Assembly: GCA_038087875.1 (NCBI GenBank)
Contig: JAXLNO010000438.1
Span: 248,001-312,000 of the forward strand
From: Malacoraja senta
Taxonomy: Eukaryota
Direction of reading: 5' to 3'
Length of the DNA stretch: 64,000 bases
The translations under genes were made by a program, and so were the position numbers. Each line of letters opens with the position of its first letter. Position 1 is the first letter of the stretch. The notes beneath the pieces were generated by a model, which had not been told where the DNA came from, made no database searches, and saw only the letters and a program-made list of their open reading frames with translations. This document shows, in pieces, positions 37,405 through 51,297 of this stretch.

Positions 37405-38055
37405 ACGATACGATAAAACTTTGTTCATCCTCGGAGGAAAATTGGTCTGCCAACAGTCCCAACACACAAGGTACACAAAAACTTGAAATTAAATTAAATT
37501 AAAAGTGAGAAAAAAAAAGGAATAAGGCAAGCGATTGTTGGCTGGCTGCCTTGTACACAGCGTCTTAACCGGAACGAACGAAGAAACAAATGCAGGCTTA
37601 TCCCCTGGGAAAAGGATTCTAACACTAGAGTGACCCCCCCCACCCAAAAGATCTCTCTTTGTTCTCCCACCATCCCACACGGCGGTCCCCCCACGCCGGG
37701 TCTCCATTGTTCTTCACGGTGGTCCCCTCAAGCCAGGTCCCCATTGTCTTCCCCTCCCCCTCATGCTCATCGACTGTTGATCGTATGTTGATCGTGAGTC
37801 TCCCGCTGCTGCCGAGGCTCCCGCTGCCGCCGAGGATCACGCTGCCGTTGAGCCTCACGCTACCGTTGTGGCTCACGCTGCCGCCGCTGAGGTACTTATC
37901 GCCGCGGCCGCTGAGGCTCCTTCGGCCCAGGCAGGTCTCGCCGTCCGGCTTCTCCGCAGTCCCCTGGAAGGCTTGTGGGGAGTGTCGGACCTTCCGGTCG
38001 TTGGCGTGATTGTTCGGCGGGATTCCTTGACATTCCGCAGCATTCTGACTCCATA
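37405..38055 (-). mobile_element. CpG-rich non-autonomous LINE-tailed repeat
   Basis: (TATCG)n-type tail at the left end, imperfect 18-bp internal repeats, and motifs shared with 35030-35585. Confidence 0.55.
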
Positions 38056-38699
38056 ACATTTTAGTGGGTCACCACTTACCAAACAGCATGATCATTGCGG
38101 TCACACGAGAAGGTCAGAGGCCGACTATTCTGGGAAAAGTGACCCTCCCCAAAACTATTCCTCGCAGGCACAAGTTAGGAGTATGAATCACTAGACTTCA
38201 CGCATGGATTTGGACAGAATCAACATCAAATGGTTTGTTCACTATTATCCAAGAAATGGCAGTCAGAATGACACTCGTTTGTTTCCACTTTAAACAAATA
38301 TGCCCTCCACGACTTGCAGTAAATTCCAACAGCTATGGTGCCAAAAATGTCCCACAGATAAATAAATGCTGAAGTGATATTATGTGCTCTTTTAACATTT
38401 TCTATTTACTCTTACATTTGACATTGAGATCCTAGATTGTTGGTAGCAAATTTGAACTATGCCTTGAAATGGTGTTTCTCATAGAGGTGGAACAAGATCT
38501 TTACAACAATTTCCATTGTTTTAGTTTCTAGTTCTTAAATTTTTGATGGGTTTTTAAACCTTTTTAAACATGGTATGGCTAATCACAGCTCCAATGTCAC
38601 CTGTGAATTCGCTAACAAAACCACTGAGGGCTGCACAATAATAATAGATTTTTTATTTATATAGCGCTTTTCAGGACTCAAAGTCGCTTTACATTGCAA

Positions 38700-38960
38700 T
38701 GGCAGAACACCAGAGACATGGGTTCGATCCTGACTACAGGGGCTGTCTGTGTGGTTTGCACATTCTCCCTGTGACCATGTGGGTTTTGATGACCGTGGTG
38801 CTCCAGTTTCCTCCCTCTATTGGTTTCTGTAAAGTGCTCTAGTGTGTACAATGCAAAAGAAGCATAACACGGAACTAGTGTATGGGTGATCGATGGTCAA
38901 CGTGGACACAGTAGGCTGAAGGTCCTGTTTTCATGCTGTATCTTTAAACTAAACTAAACA
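38700..38960 (+). mobile_element. tRNA-derived SINE
   Basis: GGTTCGATCC B-box and (CTAAA)n tail. Confidence 0.75.
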
Positions 38961-39590
38961 TAAGTTGGTCAAATAGCAGGTGCTGATGAGACAGTGTGTA
39001 AAGTGAGATGGAACATCTAGTTGAGTGGTACTACAACAATCTCTTGCTCAACATCAGCAAAACTAAAGAACTAATCATTGACTTCAGTAAGCGAAAGTTG
39101 GAAGACCACATGACAGTTATTATTGGTGTGACAGTGGAACGATAGCATCTTCAAATTCCTAGGCATTGATATCGTGAATGACCTGCCCTGGATTCATCAC
39201 ATAGATGCAATCACAAACGTGTGCCAGTGCATCTATTTTCTTTGAAGCTTAAGGAGATACAGCATGTCACCAAATGCACAAATTTCTATACTGTTAAATT
39301 ACTTTAGAAACCATGCTGACTGATTGCATCATGGCCTGTGTATAGTAATTCAAATGCGCAGGAACACAAGAGGCTGTGGGCTCAGTGGAGTGGTGAGCTC
39401 AGTCCGTTCTGTCATATACATAGCCTTCCCGACAATCAAATGCATCTACATGAGGCGCTGCCTCAAGAAGGCGACATCTATCGTTAAGGGTCCCCGTCGT
39501 CGAAACCATGCCCTCTTCTTGCTGCTACAGTCCGGCAGGAGGTATAGAATCTTGAAGTCCCATGCCACCAGGTTCAGGTACAGCTTCTAC
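38961..39590 (+). mobile_element. Old Rex1/Babar remnant
   Basis: LLLNISKTKELIIDFS and RRCLKKATSI..SGRRYR. Confidence 0.7.
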
Positions 39591-40676
39591 TGGCTTACCC
39601 AGCAACAGAACACGACGGACCAATTTGCAAGTCCAAGTGCCACCACTGGACCCAATCAGGAGTCCAGTAATAGAACAAACTGAAGACTCAGTGTCCCAAA
39701 TCTTTCAGTAAATCTGGACATCTGAGTTTGCATTTGTTATTGTCCAAGTGGAGGTCCAAGATGTACAGCTGTTTAAGTGTTAGCAGTTCCATTTGAAACC
39801 TTTGGCATTTGGCAGCAAAATCCAGTCCACTGGCTCTTGTTGCCCCAGCAAACCCTTGATAATCATTGATACATAAACAGAACAGAACAGCTACTCCTTT
39901 AAGATCTCTGGTGCAGCAGATCCTCGCCAACATCCATTTGCTCATCCTTCTGAGACCTTCAAAAAGAGAAAATACTTAGTGCTGCACCTATTTCCCATTT
40001 ATAGATTAAAAAATTGAAAAGTAGTCAAATTTTTCAAAACATTCTCAAAAAGGCTAGAATGCTGCCATACATACATGTTATACACTTGGAGATTATTTAT
40101 ATGTAAATCTGAAATAATGGACAAAAGCTCATTATTAAACTGATCATGGATATTTAACTCAAAGCTGGTATATAGTAAGATTCTGTTTATAGAGGTGGCG
40201 AAATTGGATCTTGAGACCTCTGTTGGGATTCAGCTTGCATTGGCCAGAATTATCCCTGGCATAAACTACAAAGACCTGACTTGCAAACAAAAGCCTTTTC
40301 TTTCTGTTGACAATATGATGTATTCCCCTGGTATCTGTGAAATAGCTCTTCCAACACAAACATGGCAACTTCAAATCTGATTACATGCACCATTTATGGG
40401 AAAACATAGAATCAAATCATTATTGGTTTATGACCACAAAGGACCGTAAGAAAAGCCACTACAATTTCCCAAAGAGCTTAGCTCACTCAGTTCTCCTCCC
40501 AGATTTGCTGAGTTCTAGAACTTGACACAACAAAATTATCATTGTGATAATATATACATGACTTGCATTACTCATTATAAATTTAATAGTGCTAATAAAC
40601 AGAGATACCGTATGTAATACCATTAAAACTAATAAAACAAAAGAAAGTGAAAAACAAAATGAAGAACTATTAAATT

Positions 40677-42033
40677 ATGTGTAGGAAGGAACCGCAGATG
40701 CTGGTTTAAACCAAAGATAGATACAAAATGCTGGAGTAACTCAGCGGGACAGATAGCATCTCTGGAGAGAAGGAATGGTGACATTTTGGGTAGAGACCCT
40801 TCTTCAGACTAGTCAGGGCAAAGGGAAACGAGAGATATAGTGGTGTAGCAAGATGTAGAACAAATGAATGAAAGATATGCAAAAATGTAACGATGATAAA
40901 GGAAACAGGCCATTGTTAGCTGGTTGCTAGGTGAGAACGGGAACCTGATGTGACTTGGGTGGGGGACGGATGGATAGGTAGGGAGTGCAGAGGTTACTTG
41001 AAGTTAAGGAAATCAATATTCATACCACTGGGTTGTAAGCTGCCCAAGCGAAATATGAGATGTTGTTCCTCTAATTTTGCATTTGGCCTCACTCTGACAA
41101 TGGAGGCCTACGAAATAAAGGTCACTGTGAGAATGGGTACTGGAATTAAAATGTTTGGACTGAGCGAAGGTGTTCAGCAAAACGATCGCCCAGTCCATGT
41201 TTGGTCTTGCCGATGTACAAGAATTCACACCTTGAACAACGGACACAGCAGATAAGGTTGGAGGAAATGCAGTTGAGCCTCTTCCTAACCTAAAGGACTG
41301 TCGGGATCCCACTACAGAGTCGAGGGAGGAGATATAGGGACAGATGTTGTAGCTCCTGCAGTTACTGGGGAACGTACCTGGGGAAGGGGTAGTTTGGGTG
41401 GGAAGGGTTAACCAGGGAGTTGCAGAGGGAACGGTCTCCGTGGAAGGCGGAAAGTGGTGGAGAAAGGAAGATGTGACTTGTGGTAGGATCCCGTTGGAGA
41501 TGGTGAAAATGTAGGAGGATTATATGTTGTATGCGACGGCTGATGGGATGAAAGGTAAGGACTAGGGGACTGTCCCTGTTGTGACTAGGGGGAGGGGGAG
41601 CAAGGGTAGAATTGTGGGGTACCACAGGAGATACATGTGAGAGCCTTATTTATGATGGAAGAGGGGAAACCCCATCCAATAAAGAATGAGGACATCTCGG
41701 ATGTCCTAGTATGGAACACCTCATTTTTGATGCAGATTTGGCATAGACGGAGGAATTGGGAGTAGGGGATAGTCTTTGCAGGAAGCTGGGGGGGGGGAGG
41801 GAGAAGTGTAGATAGAGTCTTTGCGGGAAGCAGGATGGAAAGAAGTGTAATCGAGTCATTGCAGGAAGCAGGGTGGGAGGAAGTGTAGTAAAATCTTTGC
41901 AGGAAGCAGAAGGGTCTTGATCCAAAACATTGCCTATGTCCTTCGCTCCATAGATGCTGCCTCACCCGCTGAGTTTCTCCAGCATTTTTGTCTACCTTTG
42001 ATTTTCCAGCATCTGCAGTTCCTTCTTAAACAA
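40677..42033 (-). mobile_element. Penelope-like element remnant with inverted terminal segments
   Basis: IPYSQFLRL, PLVLTFHP and GIY-YIG remnants; the termini (40677-40810 and 41905-42033) are inverted copies of the hammerhead-bearing segment. Confidence 0.82.
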
Positions 42034-42204
42034 AGTTACATGAACATTCACACAATAGTTCAGAGCATATTCAGAAAGAGTGTGGGACTGGTGCAAAGAA
42101 AGTCTAGTTTGTAATTATTTCATCAAGAATTATCCATAAATTAGGTAGGATTCATCTTTACCCCATTATAGACATTGGTCTTTGTAAATGAAACTGATGT
42201 ATCT

Positions 42205-43400
42205 TGAGGAACGGCTGCCAAACAGCAGCCGTCCGTTAATTGTACTTTTTTTCCAAGTTTTTTTAGTTTTCTTTAAGTCTCTGTTTTTTCTTTATTTACC
42301 TTTGATGTGGGGGGATCAAGGAGAAATCACTTCCTGGTCCCTACCTGGTCGGTGAGGCAGCCTTCTCTCTGGCTGCCCAGTCGACCCGTTCTCCCGGCCT
42401 ACCAGCGGCATGGAGCGGCGTTTCCTGGTGGGGGCCGCACAGCATCCTCGGCTTCGGTGGCGGCACGGCGCTGGAGCGCTATTGTGCAGCGGAGCGGGCG
42501 ATGCCTTGCCTGGGTCGCCGCGCAGGACCGACGCGCTGGAGCTCCGGTGAGCTGGACCGCCGAGCTCAACACCTCTGGGCTGCGGGACTGTGGAGCGACC
42601 ATCCGTGGGCGGCGGCGCCGACTCCAACATCGGGAGCCTTGAGCTCCAAATCGGCGCGGCCCTGTCGGGTGCTGCGGACGCCTGCGGGAAATTTGCCGTT
42701 CCAGCTGTAGTTGCGGCATCCGGTGAGGAATGCGGCCGTTCCAGGTGGCCCAGCTGCTGGAGGACTCACCCGATGCCGGGGCTACATCACCGGCGAGAAC
42801 GGCCAGGATCATCGGGCCTCCGTAGAGGCAATAGCGGGGGCCTCATTTGGCCTGACTTTTTTGGGTGAACTGGGGCTGGGGACTGGACATTGTGCCTTCC
42901 CCCACAGTGGAAATCATTGTGGGGGGGGGGGGGGGGTGATTTTTGTATGTAATTGTTTGTAATTGTATTTGTTAGTCTGTGTTCAAGATGGCGGTCGGAG
43001 GGGAGAGTGGACGCTGGCGCGGTTTCGTTGCCGCTGCTCTCTCCTCAAATTGTGCTTCTGATTTTATTTTTTGTGTTTTTGGAAGGAATTCTGTCCCTGA
43101 TTTGTGTATTGGTCTTTATAACTTATTTTTTAAATTCTGATTATATGTTTCCTATAAATCTCTGTAAGGTGTCCTTGAGACCTCGGTATAAGGCGCCCGT
43201 AAATAAAATTCATTATTATTATTATTACTATACTGAGAACTATATTTTGCACTCTGTACTTTTCCCTTTGATTCAACTATTGTACTTGATTTTCACTTGA
43301 TTGTATTTATGTGTGGAATACCTGATCTCTTTGGATAGCACACGAAGCAAAGTTTTTAATTGTAATTCAGTACACATAACAACAATAATTCCTAAACCTA
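42205..43400 (+). mobile_element. Composite CpG-rich non-autonomous repeats
   Basis: GC-rich body, CAAGATGGCG motif at 42985, AATAAA plus (ATT)n tail near 43225, then a second LINE-type 3' end. Confidence 0.55.
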
Positions 43401-44416
43401 CTGCTTAAAAACAGATGTTCCCTGCCTGTTTTGTAACGATAAGTACAATTCCACCACGTTATCCATATAAAAATGAAGATGCTTTGTTATCACAGACATA
43501 AAACCCCATAACATTTTGCAGAATTAAACTTTAGAATATTTAAAAAGCACCAAACTGAATTTGTATTGAATTGGGATGATGCAATCTTACTGTGGATCTC
43601 CTTAATCAAACAGTAAGAAAACATATATTTATCTTGACGACCTCTGCATATGGGCTCATTTGTTTGAATATTGCAGGGTAACGTAGATTGCCAAATAATC
43701 ACTTGCAGTTTCTGCTCACTACATTTATCAGTTATTTGAAGGTGCCAGAACCTACAATTCATTCCTCGACAAGAGAGGCAGAAAATAGAAGAAAACAGAA
43801 CAGCATATCCAGTAGTTTTTGCATTCATTCCATGCTGTTTAGGAACAGGGATTCCTTTGTCATCTGCACAAAAAACAAGGGATTCCAGCAAGCCTGTTCT
43901 AAATGCATAGTTGCACAAAAAAGTCTAAAACCCAGATGCTTGGCAGAAGTTAATGACTTTTTATTTTAATGGACTGTACAATTCATTATATCCCCAAACA
44001 GCATCATTCGAAGAAATGGGAAACTGAATCAGCAATGATAAAAATTGTCACCCGGTAATTACCAAGACAAGTAGTCATGAGACAGACAGCGTGCTTTTTG
44101 TGGAAAAATGTACATCTGATCTCAATCAAGAATCATGAGGTATGATCATCTGTCCAAACTGAGTAATTTTTAAGTGAAACCATGTGAGAAAATATCTAAT
44201 GGCAAAGCAGGGAAGTTATATCCTCTCGGCTCATCTTTGCCATTGTACTGGATTATTCGGGGATCAACTCTTACACGGGTGCTTTTTGCAACAGATTTAG
44301 TACATGATGTAGACAAAATCTCTCCTTTGCTGACTGATCACTTTACCAAGAAACTATTTCTCTTTATGCTTTAATCTTTGAATGCCTGGATTAAATCCTC
44401 TATAGAAACTACACAA

Positions 44417-44726
44417 GGGTGCACAGTGGCACAGCTGTTGAGTTGCTGCCTTACAGCTCCAGAGACCTGGGTTCGATCCTGACTATCGGTGCTATCTCTA
44501 TGGAGTTTGTACGTTCTTCCTGTGACCTGCGTGGGATTTCTCCGGGAGCTCCAGTTTCCCCCCACATTCCAAAGACATATAGGTTTGTAGGCGAATCAGC
44601 TTGGTAAAGTTGTAAATTGTCCCTAGTGTGTGTGTAGGATAGCGTTAGTGTGCAGGGATCGTTGATCGGCGTGTATTCACTGGGCCAAAGGGTCTGTTTC
44701 CCCACACTCTATAACTAAACTAAAAA
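44417..44726 (+). mobile_element. tRNA-derived SINE, full length
   Basis: A/B boxes, conserved body, ctaaa tail. Confidence 0.88.
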
Positions 44727-44856
44727 AAGACTAATAGCAAGATGTTGCATTTCTCCCAAACTTGTCACCACACACATATGGATTATGCTTCCATCGCAAT
44801 TATGTGTAAGTATTTGCCATTCCGCAAAATTAGAAAATCACATAGCAGTTAGGAAT

Positions 44857-45606
44857 CTGGTGGCGCCAGCAATGGCTGCCTCGCCAACAGTATGTCTGTC
44901 TGTCCCTTCCTTCTTTGTGTTTAAATAGTATGTGTTAAATGTATGTTTTCAGTGTTCTTTAGTTTGTTTTATTTGGGAGGGGGGGGGATTTGGGGGGAAC
45001 TTTTTCTAACCTCTTACATCGACGGAGATGCGCTTTTTTTCCATATCGTATCTCCGTCTGCACTGCGGCCTAATATCGTGGAGTTGGCGGCCTTTACTGG
45101 AGATCGACCTTTGAGAGCTCCACGGCAGGGAGCCGACGGGACTTTAACATCGCGGAGCCCACAATCCCTTTGCCAGGGATCGACCTTGGAGCTCCAACCG
45201 TGGGTGCTTGCAGACTTAACATCATGGAGCTCGCGGTCTCTGGTCAGAGACCAACTTTGGAAACTCCAAGCTGCAGGAGCTTTGATCGCCCCGATGCGGG
45301 AATTTCGATCGCCCCGATGCGGGGGTTTAGACCGCCCTGACGCGGGGACTTTGACCGCTGGCTGTGGGAGCTTCGATCGCTCCGAAGGATAGTTTGACAG
45401 CCCCGACTGCGGGAAGAAGATTGGACTTTTTTGCCTTCCATCACAGTGAGGAATGTGGGGAATCCGCTGTGGTGGATGTTAATGGTGACTTTTATGTAGT
45501 TGTGTGTCTTGTTGCTTTTTGTTTTGTAAGGCCGTATGGTAATTCGCATATCACTGTACCTTAATTGGTACATGTGACAATAAAAGACCTTTGAAACTTT
45601 TGAAAC
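44857..45606 (+). mobile_element. CpG-rich non-autonomous Rex1-tailed element
   Basis: 5' tggcgccagcaatggctgcc, internal gatcgccccgatgcgg repeats, catgtgacaataaa plus (TTTGAAAC) tail. Confidence 0.65.
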
Positions 45607-47639
45607 CGTCATAATCAAAACCTTCTCATATTTTGTAGTCATTCGCATGTCGAGACCTCATCAAGAATGGATGTGACTGTCACAGTTTAGCTGGGATGAC
45701 AATTATATTACATAACTATAAATTATACCTCATAAAGTTAGTGCCCAATTCACCATGTCTGTTTAATCCAGAGTGTTAGATGAAGACTGAAAATCCAAAG
45801 CTGGATGTTTTGGAATGCACAGTAGAAGATGGATGTGGGTTAATATTGGGAAGGGAGAAAAATTATTTGAAAAATATTAACAAAACATGGCTGGAGAACA
45901 ATAACCTGGGGATGGTCTCGGAGATTGAATGTGTGTGTAGTCATGTCTTCTCATCTTGTTCTGTTGTGTATCAACGCAAATCTTGAAGATATGGACAAAG
46001 GATTCATCATGTACCTGACGACACTAGAGAGGATGGTTCTGGATTTCTGAAGGTGATTAGTAAGGATTCCTGGGAACCGTGAGTAGCCTTTTATAGAGTT
46101 GGGGGGGGGGGGGAGGAGGAAGGGAACTGCAGGGGAAAGAGAGAACGATTCTCTTTTGTGTCTGTGAGAAATCAGACTGTACACGTTTACCATGATGGTT
46201 TCTGCTTTTTTGCTGACAACACACTCAAGCCTTAATTATGAAGAATTGTTTAATTAAGTAGAGAGTGAATTCTTTACGACACAACACTGTCAAAAGACAG
46301 GCAAGCTGTTGCCCGACAGGATAGTGAATCATAACATCACCCCTTTTGCATTTGGTGATAGAAAACGATAAAGGTACAAAATCAATGTACAAATATGACA
46401 AACTGTGCCATAGAAATACTACATCAGTCAGTAACCAGTAAACAGTTTTGCAATCAGTGACATTTCAATTTCTCACGAGAACTCGCATAAGACAAAGGAA
46501 TGTGAAAGGCCAGGACACCAAGTTGAATATCATGCTTCAACTTGACTAACGTTAATATTGCAGCTAAAAGCAATCATTGCAACATATGCATTGCAGCATG
46601 TACTCATCTCTGTTCTTTGAATTTCAAAAACAAATTACTCATTTTATGAAAAGCCAATGTGTGTTAACAACTCTGAAACTATGCAGCAAAATAGTCACCA
46701 TTCAATACAAACTAGGCAATGACTGATTGCTGGGCTTTTTTAACTATACTTAAAGTCTTTAACTTTGACATTACTATTTATTGTTGTGCAGTGTACTGAC
46801 TCGAATATTCAATCCCAAATTGATATCATTTCCTTTAATACAACAGCATTAGCCCTGGCAGATTTAGCACGTTGCCACTCTTATAAATACAATGTTTTGC
46901 TGACATTGGATGCTATGTTGTACTCAATGCAAAATAAATGTCTCAAACATTTAACAGAGACATTTTTTTCTAAAGCCAAAATAGATTACCTTGGTTTCAG
47001 TCAAATACTCTAGGCATGGTGGAGCATGGATTAATGCAAAATTATGTTTTTTCCATGATTCAATAACATTTTCAGAATTGATGCTACCTAGACAGCCGGT
47101 CAGAGTCAAGTACAACTTGCTTTTATCTCAGTTCTACAAACTTTAAGGTGACAAAGGAGTTCTGTGCAAGAAGGATGGATCCTGATGCAGGTGAGCAGTT
47201 GGTCATGATGGAGCAGGTGAGTGGCTGGACTGTTATTTGCCTCTTCTTAAGTTTGTGCTTGGCCCCAATGCTCCTGTTCAAGAGTCTTTTCTGATTATTT
47301 AAGCAGTAACGGCCTGGAGCTTCTCATCAGTTAGTGAGGATGGTGCAATTGTCAAGAGGGTATTTCTTGAAGTGCCTTCTGTTCTCCTGGAAATCGCTGG
47401 CTGTGACAGGCACGGCACGCACATTTCTTTCACGAATCTGTCATCAAATATGGTTGGTATCTCCACTGATTGGGCTTGGTTAAATATGATCACATCCTCG
47501 ATAATGGGGATGTTGGTGCATTTGGAGAATTTTGTGCTGGTAATACTTCTCCACTACTTGAGGTGTCTACTGTCAATTGAACATGCCTCCACAGCATCCA
47601 GGAGATAGGGAATCATGGCAGTTTAATGGCCCCTGGTCT

Positions 47640-48720
47640 TGGTGCCAGGATTAACATCTTAGTTTTTGAACAGCCTTTCCTTCAGCTGGGCAAAGGCTGC
47701 AGTGACACACTGATGACCATGGTAGAGTTGTGGAACCAAGCCAGGATGCAATCAGTCAATATGCTCTCTGTCATACACCTGCAGAAGTTCGATAGATTAC
47801 TCGTTAAACATACTGAATCTGCTCAATCTTCCAAAGGTGTTGATGAACATTCTTTGTGATTTCATCAACATGCTGTGCCCAGGATTTATCTTGAGAGATG
47901 AAATGCGTAGGAAGGAACTGCAGATGTGGTTTAAACAGAAGATACACAAAATGCTGGAGTAATTCAGCGGAACAGGCAGCATCTCTGGAGCGAAAGAATG
48001 GGCAACGTTTCGGGTCCAGACCCATTTTGTGTCTATCTATATCTTGGATGTGGACACCCAAGAACTTGAAACTGTTGTCTCTCCCCACTGATATCCCATT
48101 GATGAAGACAGGTCCATGCATCCTTGGCATTCCCCTCCTGAAGTCAACAATCAAGTCCTTGGCCTAGCTGATGTTGAGAGCAAGATTATTGTTCTGGCAC
48201 CATTCAATCAGATTTTCAATCTCCCTCCTGCACTCTGGCTCATTATTACCAGTTATTCATTCATAGCAGTGGTATCGTTGGCGAATTTGGAACTGTGTCA
48301 GGCTATACATTCACAGGTATAGGGAGAATAGGACAGGGGACTGAGCACACAGCCCTGAGGTGCCCCATTCTTATGATTGTGGAGGAGGAAATGCTGTTGC
48401 CAATTCCCACTGATCGTGATCTGGCAGTGAGGGAATCAAGGATCCAATTACGTTGGGATGAGCAGACACCCCGTTCTCTGAGATTGATAATATGTTTGGA
48501 GGGGATGATGGTGTTGAACATTGAGCTGTCGTTGATGAACAACCGCTGGACGTGCATGTTCTTATTGTCCACCTGGTCCAGTTCAGAGTGGAAAGCCAGC
48601 GAGATTGCATCCCCCTTTATCTATTGTGGCAGTAGACAAATCTTAAGCTAGGAGTTGATATATGTCCAAACAAATCCTTCACAGCACTTTGTCACCGTGG
48701 ATATTAGTGCCACGAGTCAG
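47640..48720 (-). mobile_element. Old Rex1/Babar RT remnant with a nested Penelope fragment (about 47900-48035)
   Basis: SSMFNTIIPSK, NWILDSLT and MIVDFRR peptides. Confidence 0.78.
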
Positions 48721-50896
48721 TAGTCATTGAGGCATGTCTCCCTACTCTTCTTGGGAATCGTATTATTGATGACATCACATGTACTGATCTATAGGAGACA
48801 CTGCCTCAAAAAAGCTGCCAATATCCACAATGACCCACACCATGCACACATTTGCATTTCATTCCTACTATCAGCAATGTGGCAAAGGAGCCTGAAAAGT
48901 GTGATCACCAGGTTAAAGAATAGCTCCCTACCAACAAACAACAGACATTACACAACACTAACCTTTAAAACTATGAACTATTCAATGGAAGGTTAGATTG
49001 AGAACATTTTTCCTCATCATAAATCTGAAGCGTAAGCAAACATCCCTTATCGATAGTGTTGAGAATTACATCAATGCAACCAGTGACACTGACCAAAGGT
49101 AAATTACTACATACACTTTCTGGTGATGAATCTACTATTTTCCTTACAATTCCAAACAGGATATAATTGTACTTTTTTTTACAAAACTTATTAATTATCT
49201 TCAAAATTTCTTAAGCAATAGTCATGAATAATTGTGAGCAGCCATTCAGATACTTTTCCATAGACCTATACTTTTTTAAAATAAATTAAGATTAAAGGGG
49301 TTTACAAGTGGAACCAATGAACTAGGCAGGATATTCCAATCCTGTCCAACCTTGCTTCAAACACCATACTTAAACCCACCCTTAAAATCAAACAAGTGTG
49401 GATTTTGGAAATCTGAAAAACAGAAAATACTGAAATGCAAGGCAGGTAAGGAGGCATCTGCACAAAGAGATGTCAATGTTTCAGGTTACAGCCAAGCGCT
49501 GTAACATTAATTTTCTTTTGTTTCCATAAATACTGCTAGATTTCAGATTGCCAGCATTTTCTGTTTTCATAGCATTCACTTTGTGCATATTCTAGCTTTG
49601 TTCTGTATTTTCTGCGGGAAAGTACTTCTACTTTCAACTTCAAGTGTACGTATTCAAATTGTTACCATGAATCAAAGCACATATGATGCTAATCAATACC
49701 AAAGCAAGCGAAAAATGACATCTATTCTGTGCTGGAATAAACCACTAACTTGCATTTTCACACACATCAACAACAGCAGTGAAAACTGGTGTGAAATAAA
49801 ACTGTGAAATTACCAAGAGGTTACATCATAAGATAGACAGTCCTGAGAAACTGCTTGGACTAAGTGTGGTTTTAAATAAATTGCTGTTGAATAACCCTCT
49901 TACTGGCTACTTGTTTCCTCAAGTTAAACTGAGGTGCTGCAAAATTATATTTTGCTCAATTTAATATTTACATTTATTAAATCAATTATTCAATAGGATT
50001 GGCAAGTAATTCAAAATTTGATATATTCCATGAAAGTCATAATTGGGGGAGGAAATCATAATTGGGAGGACATTTAATGGCCAAATTGTTGTGTGCCGAT
50101 GAAAGGGTTAATAGACGATTACTTGAATGACAATGCACCTATATTAATAAATGGAAAATAAAACTTTTACGTGAAACCATTTTGATTGAATCACACCAAG
50201 AAAAAGTAGAAGGAAGTGAAAGAACAAATATCAGTCCCAAATTAATCCCATTTTAATCAATGTTACACAAGTACTGAACATGCAGAACCACACCGCATTT
50301 AGCATTAGGCTGGCCCCAACCATTGCCCATCAGCAAGCTGTATGGTCCAAAATCATAGTGGTTTAAGACCATCCAGCAGTGTTAAGGATCGGTTAAATTA
50401 TGGCCAAGCGATTTTCTCTAATACCTCTCTTTAGAAACGATGCCGTTCTCTGGATTATTGCAAGCCCTAATGAAGGAAAATGAATGAAAGTACATGTGAG
50501 GAAAATGAAATAATTTGAAGAAGGTTTTGAACTGAGATGTTGAGAAAGTGAACTACATGCAATGTAGTATTATTTATTTATTCAATTCAGGCATTCAAAA
50601 CTCATTGCTTGCTTTGACACCCTGTAATAACAACACATAAAAGGTCTGAAGCCAGTCCGCTGCTTAAACCATGTTAATATTTATGATCTTACCAATAGCA
50701 AGAAACAACACTGTTCAATGTGAATATTAACTCCTATTGACAACCTACTTGTGGTCCAAACAGATCAGGAGAGAGTTTCAAATGACCAGTCTAGAGAACC
50801 AAATGTGGGAACATATAATTGGAGTTATGATTTGCACTTGCAGCAGTTACAGTTGTACTTTCTTTTGATTTGAGATAAAAAAACATTTTGGGATCT

Positions 50897-50986
50897 GAAT
50901 AAGGGTCTCGACCCGAAACGTCACCTAGTCCTTCGCTCCATAGATGCTGCCTCACCCGCTGAGTTTCTCCAGCATTTTTGTCTACC
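50897..50986 (+). mobile_element. ~90-bp Penelope-derived unit with 9-bp TSD
   Basis: TSD TTGGGATCT at 50888-50896 and 50987-50995; ctgaataagggtctcgacccgaaacgtc core. Confidence 0.75.
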
Positions 50987-51029
50987 TTGGGATCTTTTAT
51001 GATTTTTTTAATGCTTTGAGATCAACTGA

Positions 51030-51297
51030 TGGAGCCGCTGCCTCCGGTTTGACCTTGACCTCGTTTGCAGCCTGTTGCACATTCTCCGCGACAACGAGGG
51101 TTTCCTCTGGATGCTCCGGTTTCCTCCCCTATCCCAAAGACGTGCTGGTTTGTAGGTTAATTAGTCTCTGTACAATTCCCCTAATGTGTTGCGAGTGGGC
51201 AAAAAGTAGAATAACATAGAACTGTGAGATCAATGGCCAGTGTGGACTTGGTGGGCCGGAGTGCCTGTTTCCATATTGATCTTTAAACTAAACTGAA
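51030..51297 (+). mobile_element. tRNA-derived SINE, old
   Basis: Shared SINE body and ctaaa tail. Confidence 0.7.

Noticed and set aside
42300..42960. Multiple GC-rich ORFs or a CpG island suggesting a gene promoter
   Set aside because: No recognisable protein; embedded in a repeat with a retroelement-like tail.
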